From: an uncultured bacterium
GTDB taxonomy: Bacteria > Krumholzibacteriota > Krumholzibacteriia > Krumholzibacteriales > Krumholzibacteriaceae
NCBI GenBank assembly: GCA_963786935.1
Contig: CAWBAN010000003.1
Location: 352,001-416,000, forward strand
Length of the DNA stretch: 64,000 nt
Direction: 5' to 3'
The first letter of the stretch is position 1. Each line of letters opens with the position of its first letter. The position numbers were made by a program, and so were the translations under genes. The notes below the pieces were generated by a model. The model searched no databases. It saw nothing but the letters and a program-made list of their open reading frames with translations, and was not told the origin of the DNA. Below, one piece after another: positions 61,101 through 64,000 of the stretch.

Positions 61101-61433
61101 CTTCTCCCGCACGTCGAGCCCCGCGTAATCCATGTTCGTCCCCCAGCCGAACTCGAGCACGACGTCCGATTGGCCCGACCGCGAGATGGAGCTCACGCGG
61201 TTCACGTTCTTGACGACGCCGAGCGCCTCCTCGATCGGCTTCGAGATGAGATTCTCGATCTCGGCCGGCGCGGCGCCGGGGTACTCGGTGCGGATCGTGA
61301 GCGTCGGATAGCTGAGCTCGGGGAGCAGGTTGATCTTGAGGCGGAAGAACGAAACGAATCCGAACAGGATGACGGCCAGGGTGAACATCGCGACCGTCAC
61401 GCGCCGCTTCACTGAAAAATCTATGATACTCAT
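58164..61433 (-). CDS. RND efflux permease (AcrB/MdtBC-like), first subunit
   Basis: YPGA.P.EIE, GMLVDNSIVVLENI and RLRPILMT motifs; 1089 aa. Confidence 0.93.
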   Translation of the reverse strand: MSIIDFSVKRRVTVAMFTLAVILFGFVSFFRLKINLLPELSYPTLTIRTEYPGAAPAEIENLISKPIEEALGVVKNVNRVSSISRSGQSDVVLEFGWGTNMDYAGLDVREKLDALELPLEIQRPTILRFDPSLDPIMRFGFYRKTAAAAADTGAAEGGLARAAAPGDSIVFNEDELKSLRRFAEEEIKKELEAALGVAAIKVSGGLEDEVQVLIDQGRLAQINVPIEQLSRQIGAENVNLSGGRLEEGTQQYLVRTLNQFQSIEEIDDIIVATKDGKPVYLRDIARVRHGFKERDAITRLNGREAVEIAVYKEGDANTVSVAREIEKKLKRVREMLPANTDLVKVSDQSTFITQAVNEVIANAVIGGVLAIIILYFFLQNFWATVIISFSIPVSVIATFNMMFGASLTLNIMSLGGIALGIGMLVDNSIVVLENISRHREQGKDAASAVRDGASEVSRAVIASTLTTVAVFLPLVFVKGISGQLFRDQALTVTFSLLASLAVALTLIPMLASLQASSGATVAPRSAPPEPAGRGGRFARRMRNAMFTTIPVFWTRLWSRIGGGAGHGIRRALNPALRSFQRAYDRVEDRYELLIGWALDHKARVIGIALALFAATIALIPRLGIELIPQLSQGEFKVEFRLPPGTPLEVTDANIVKVTNASSDAPGIATLYSVAGTGNRMDANPEQGGENWGELSIMLDRGSGREDEERTMNALRAHMQDLPDVQYKFARPTLFTFKTPIEIEVYGFDLGELRRVSNEIAGRLEASKRFADVKSTMRSGHPEIQIRFDRERAAALGFPVYQIAQRVVDQVRGAVATRYSLHDRKIDVLVRATENDRNSVEKIRKLIINPESPFPVTLDAVADIVIDTGPGEIRRTDQERVALVSANLGYGDLGGAAGEIDAIIAGIAMPSGVTARLAGQNREMSASFRSLMLALVLAIFLVYLVMASQFESFLHPFVILFTIPLALIGAVFALLVTGSTISVVVFIGLILLAGIVVNNAIVLIDFVNQLRERGMKKREALIAGGRSRLRPILMTTLTTVLGLIPLALGIGEGAEIRAPMAITVIGGLSVSTLLTLIVIPVVYSVLDRKE

Positions 61434-61458
61434 GTGCGACCGTTTCCGGTTAATGCCG

Positions 61459-62514
61459 TCATCGCCGGACGATTTGGACCCGGGCGCTGTCCTTGAGGCT
61501 CGCCTTGCCCGTCGTCACGATCGTATCCCCCGGCTGGAGGCCGGTGAGCACCTCGATCGCGGTCGTGTTCACGTAGCCGGTCGTGACGAGCTGGCGGTAC
61601 GCAATCGAATCGCGAACGACGAAAACGGCGTTTTCCCGGTCCTCGGATATGATCGCGTCCTTCGGCGCCGTCAGCACGTTCTCGTGAACGTCGTAGATGA
61701 TGTTGATCCGGGCGAACATCCCGGGCTTGAGGCGCCTCGACGGGTCGCGCACCTCGACGGTCACCTTGACCGTTCCGGTCGCGGGATCGATCACGGGGCT
61801 GATCCGCTTGATCCGTCCGGTGAACGGATCGGTCGAGCTCGCGTCCACGATGAGCTTCGCGGCGAGCCCGGGCCGGAGCTTGCCGAGCTGCCGCTCGGGC
61901 ACGTGCAGGATCGCGATGAGGGGATCGAGCCCGGCCACGCGGAAGACGGACTGATTCGGGAGCACCATGTTTCCGACCTTGATGAGCCGCTCCGCGACGA
62001 CGCCGCTGATCGGCGTGCGGATCGCCGTATACTTGTACTCCAGCTCGGCGAGGTCGTAGGCCGCTTTCTGGCTCTCGTAGTCGTACTTGCTCTGCTGGAA
62101 CATCTCGGTGCTGATGAGGCTCTGCTTGTGCAGGTCGACGTTCCGCTCGTAGCTGTTCTTGAGCTTGTCGAGCACGGACTTCGCCTGGGCGAGCTGCACC
62201 GCGATCTTCTCGTCGTCGAGCTTGGCCAGCACGTCCCCTTCCTTCACGTACTGCCCTTCCTCGACCAGGATCTCCTTGACGACTCCGCCGACTTTGGCGA
62301 CCACGCCGGTCTCTTCCTCGGCGCCAATCGTGGCGGTCCCGGTGAAGTAAGCCGATATGGTGCCTTTCGTTACGGCGGCCACCTCCACCGGCACGACGAC
62401 CTTGTCGTCCTTCTTCCCGTCGGTCCCGGCGTGCCCCTTCTTGCCGCAGCCGAGGCCTCCGGCGGCGGCTGCAAGGGTCACGAAAACGATCAGCAGCAGA
62501 TATTTCTTTCTCAT
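61459..62514 (-). CDS. RND periplasmic adaptor (membrane fusion lipoprotein)
   Basis: LGC lipobox; V.EGQ.VK.GD.LA.LD, I.TPISG and LKPGMFAR motifs. Confidence 0.93.
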   Translation of the reverse strand: MRKKYLLLIVFVTLAAAAGGLGCGKKGHAGTDGKKDDKVVVPVEVAAVTKGTISAYFTGTATIGAEEETGVVAKVGGVVKEILVEEGQYVKEGDVLAKLDDEKIAVQLAQAKSVLDKLKNSYERNVDLHKQSLISTEMFQQSKYDYESQKAAYDLAELEYKYTAIRTPISGVVAERLIKVGNMVLPNQSVFRVAGLDPLIAILHVPERQLGKLRPGLAAKLIVDASSTDPFTGRIKRISPVIDPATGTVKVTVEVRDPSRRLKPGMFARINIIYDVHENVLTAPKDAIISEDRENAVFVVRDSIAYRQLVTTGYVNTTAIEVLTGLQPGDTIVTTGKASLKDSARVQIVRR

Positions 62515-62656
62515 GAACGATCCCCCTCGGAATAAATGACTATCAGTTATACGCGCCGACTAATATTAAGTTGCGATTACCGTCGATAATTCGACCCCGG
62601 CGCGACCCTTTTTGTTTCAGGATTCGAAGAGAGGGAAATTCCGCGCACGGAGGGCA

Positions 62657-62685
62657 TTGGTTTTGCCGCTGCCTTATGGTATAAT
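62657..62685 (+). promoter_or_regulatory. Sigma70 promoter with extended -10
   Basis: TTGGTT-17 nt-TATAAT with TG immediately upstream of the -10. Confidence 0.55.
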
Positions 62686-62737
62686 CACTTCTTTGATAAC
62701 GGTATCACCATCACCGTCTCTGCGAAGGAGGGTCAGC

Positions 62738-63685
62738 ATGGTCTTCGGCGGTCATCTGAGAAAAGGATTGGCGGCTCTCGCCCTGCTGTTCTGTCTCGCG
62801 CCGCCCGCAGCCGCGCAGCTCAACGACCAGCTCTCGGCATATACGGGCGCGAACGCGACGGGGTATCTGCAGCCGATCGCGAACGCGATCGGCGCGAACC
62901 TCAACAGCGGCATCTTCCGGACCGCGTCGATTCCCCGGATGGCCCCGAAGATCCGGATCGAGATCGAAGTCATGAGCGTCTTCTTCGGCGACGACGACCG
63001 GACCTTCCGCGCCGTCACCGAGCGCGGATTCTCGCCGGTCACCTACGCTGACGCGCCGACCGCGGTCGGATCGACCGAAGCCGTCATCGTGGAAGGGGAC
63101 GCGGGAACGGCCTTCGCGTTTCCCGGCGGGCTCGATCTCCACTCCTTCGCGCTCGCCGCGCCGCAGATACGCGTGGGCGGCCTCTTCGGCACGGAGCTGA
63201 TCGTGAGATACTTCGCGATGAGCATCAGCGAATCGGAATCGGATGAATCGTCGAGCAACGATCTGGGCGACATCAGCCTCTTCGGCATCGGCGCGAAACA
63301 CAGCATTTCCCAGTACCTGCCGGCCCCGTTCCCCGTCGATCTCTCCGCCGGCTTCTTCTGGCAGTCGCTCGACGCCGGGGAGAACGAGCGGGGGGACCGG
63401 CTCATTTCCTCGCAGGCGCTTTCGATCGGCGTCCAGGCGAGCAAGATGGTCGCCCGGTTCGTCGAGCCGTACGCCGGGCTCTCGTACGACACGCACACGT
63501 TGGACGTCTCGTACGACAGCGAGGAGGACGGCGTGACCACGACGACCGACATCGATTTCGAGAAGGACAGCACGCTGCACCTGACGCTCGGGCTCATGCT
63601 CGAGTTTCCGGTCGCCAAGGGATTCATCGAATACAACGTCGCGGGGATGAACAGCTTTTCGTTCGGTCTCGCGCTGGGCATCTGA
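62738..63685 (+). CDS. Outer-membrane beta-barrel protein (DUF6588-like)
   Basis: Signal peptide; Y.QP....GA.LNSG, PQ..VG...GTE..VRY and G.G.KHSISQY motifs; amphipathic strands; AAGGAGG RBS. Confidence 0.7.
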   Translation: MVFGGHLRKGLAALALLFCLAPPAAAQLNDQLSAYTGANATGYLQPIANAIGANLNSGIFRTASIPRMAPKIRIEIEVMSVFFGDDDRTFRAVTERGFSPVTYADAPTAVGSTEAVIVEGDAGTAFAFPGGLDLHSFALAAPQIRVGGLFGTELIVRYFAMSISESESDESSSNDLGDISLFGIGAKHSISQYLPAPFPVDLSAGFFWQSLDAGENERGDRLISSQALSIGVQASKMVARFVEPYAGLSYDTHTLDVSYDSEEDGVTTTTDIDFEKDSTLHLTLGLMLEFPVAKGFIEYNVAGMNSFSFGLALGI

Positions 63686-63718
63686 CGAGGGGCTTCAAGC
63701 GATAGGAGCGTGAACCTG

Positions 63719-64000
63719 ATGAATGCAACACTGAAGAAATCCGGTCTCCTTCTCTTCCTGACCGGTCTCGTCCTGGTCGCCGTGGGCGGCTGCGTCATGG
63801 AAGACAGGGTCGTCGAGATCGTCGTGAGCGAGACGACCTGCGTCGATTTTCCCGAATATCACACCTCGGAGACGTTCGTCACCCCGGCGACGGTCGATTA
63901 CGCGCAGCAAATCAACCAGATCCTCGAGGACAACGACGTGTCGCGCGAGGATCTCGTGTCGGCGCGGCTCGTGAGCGCCACCTACGGCGTCACGAGCTTC
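63719..64000 (+). CDS. Hypothetical lipoprotein, 3' end runs off the window
   Basis: Own translation MNATLKKSGLLLFLTGLVLVAVGGCVMEDR...; lipobox VGGC; AGGAG RBS; frame open to the edge. Confidence 0.7.
   Translation, partial: MNATLKKSGLLLFLTGLVLVAVGGCVMEDRVVEIVVSETTCVDFPEYHTSETFVTPATVDYAQQINQILEDNDVSREDLVSARLVSATYGVTSF

Noticed and set aside
1..64000. CRISPR arrays, transposases, integrases, prophage genes, rRNA
   Set aside because: None recognised by eye in the sequence or the translations.

Overview
High-GC bacterial chromosomal window, gene-dense, with no CRISPR array, prophage or transposase seen. The gene content suggests a diderm, proteolytic, amino-acid-fermenting bacterium; C-terminal motifs resemble those of the Krumholzibacteriota/Latescibacterota/Eisenbacteria grade (inference). 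Contents in order: radical SAM (truncated) and MFS genes; an acyl-CoA hydrolase/transferase-GNAT fusion with an HDAC-family deacylase; an FN3 lipoprotein; a butyrate kinase-phosphate butyryltransferase fusion; SppA; an outer-membrane barrel; a papain-like protease with a sorting tail; AddAB-like helicase/nuclease; a dipeptide epimerase; a lower-GC HK/NarL pair followed by a promoter-driven structured ncRNA candidate; YjbQ; PepD; P5C dehydrogenase; a DUF4434-like protein; a tRNA-Trp(A73)-trpS-tryptophanase unit; an orphan HK; PhzF; a sigma54-preceded cheR-mcp-cheW-cheD-cheB-cheA-cheC-cheY-TPR-DUF4388/TPR chemosensory operon; S46 and S9-like peptidases/hydrolases; EamA; CstA; a beta-helix protein; a two-RND efflux system; and a barrel plus lipoprotein pair. 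Four genes carry single-base (-1) frameshifts, most likely long-read assembly errors. The best leads are the tRNA-Trp/TrpRS/tryptophanase module, the ncRNA candidate at about 24.56-24.87 kb, the non-flagellar chemosensory operon and the acylation hub.
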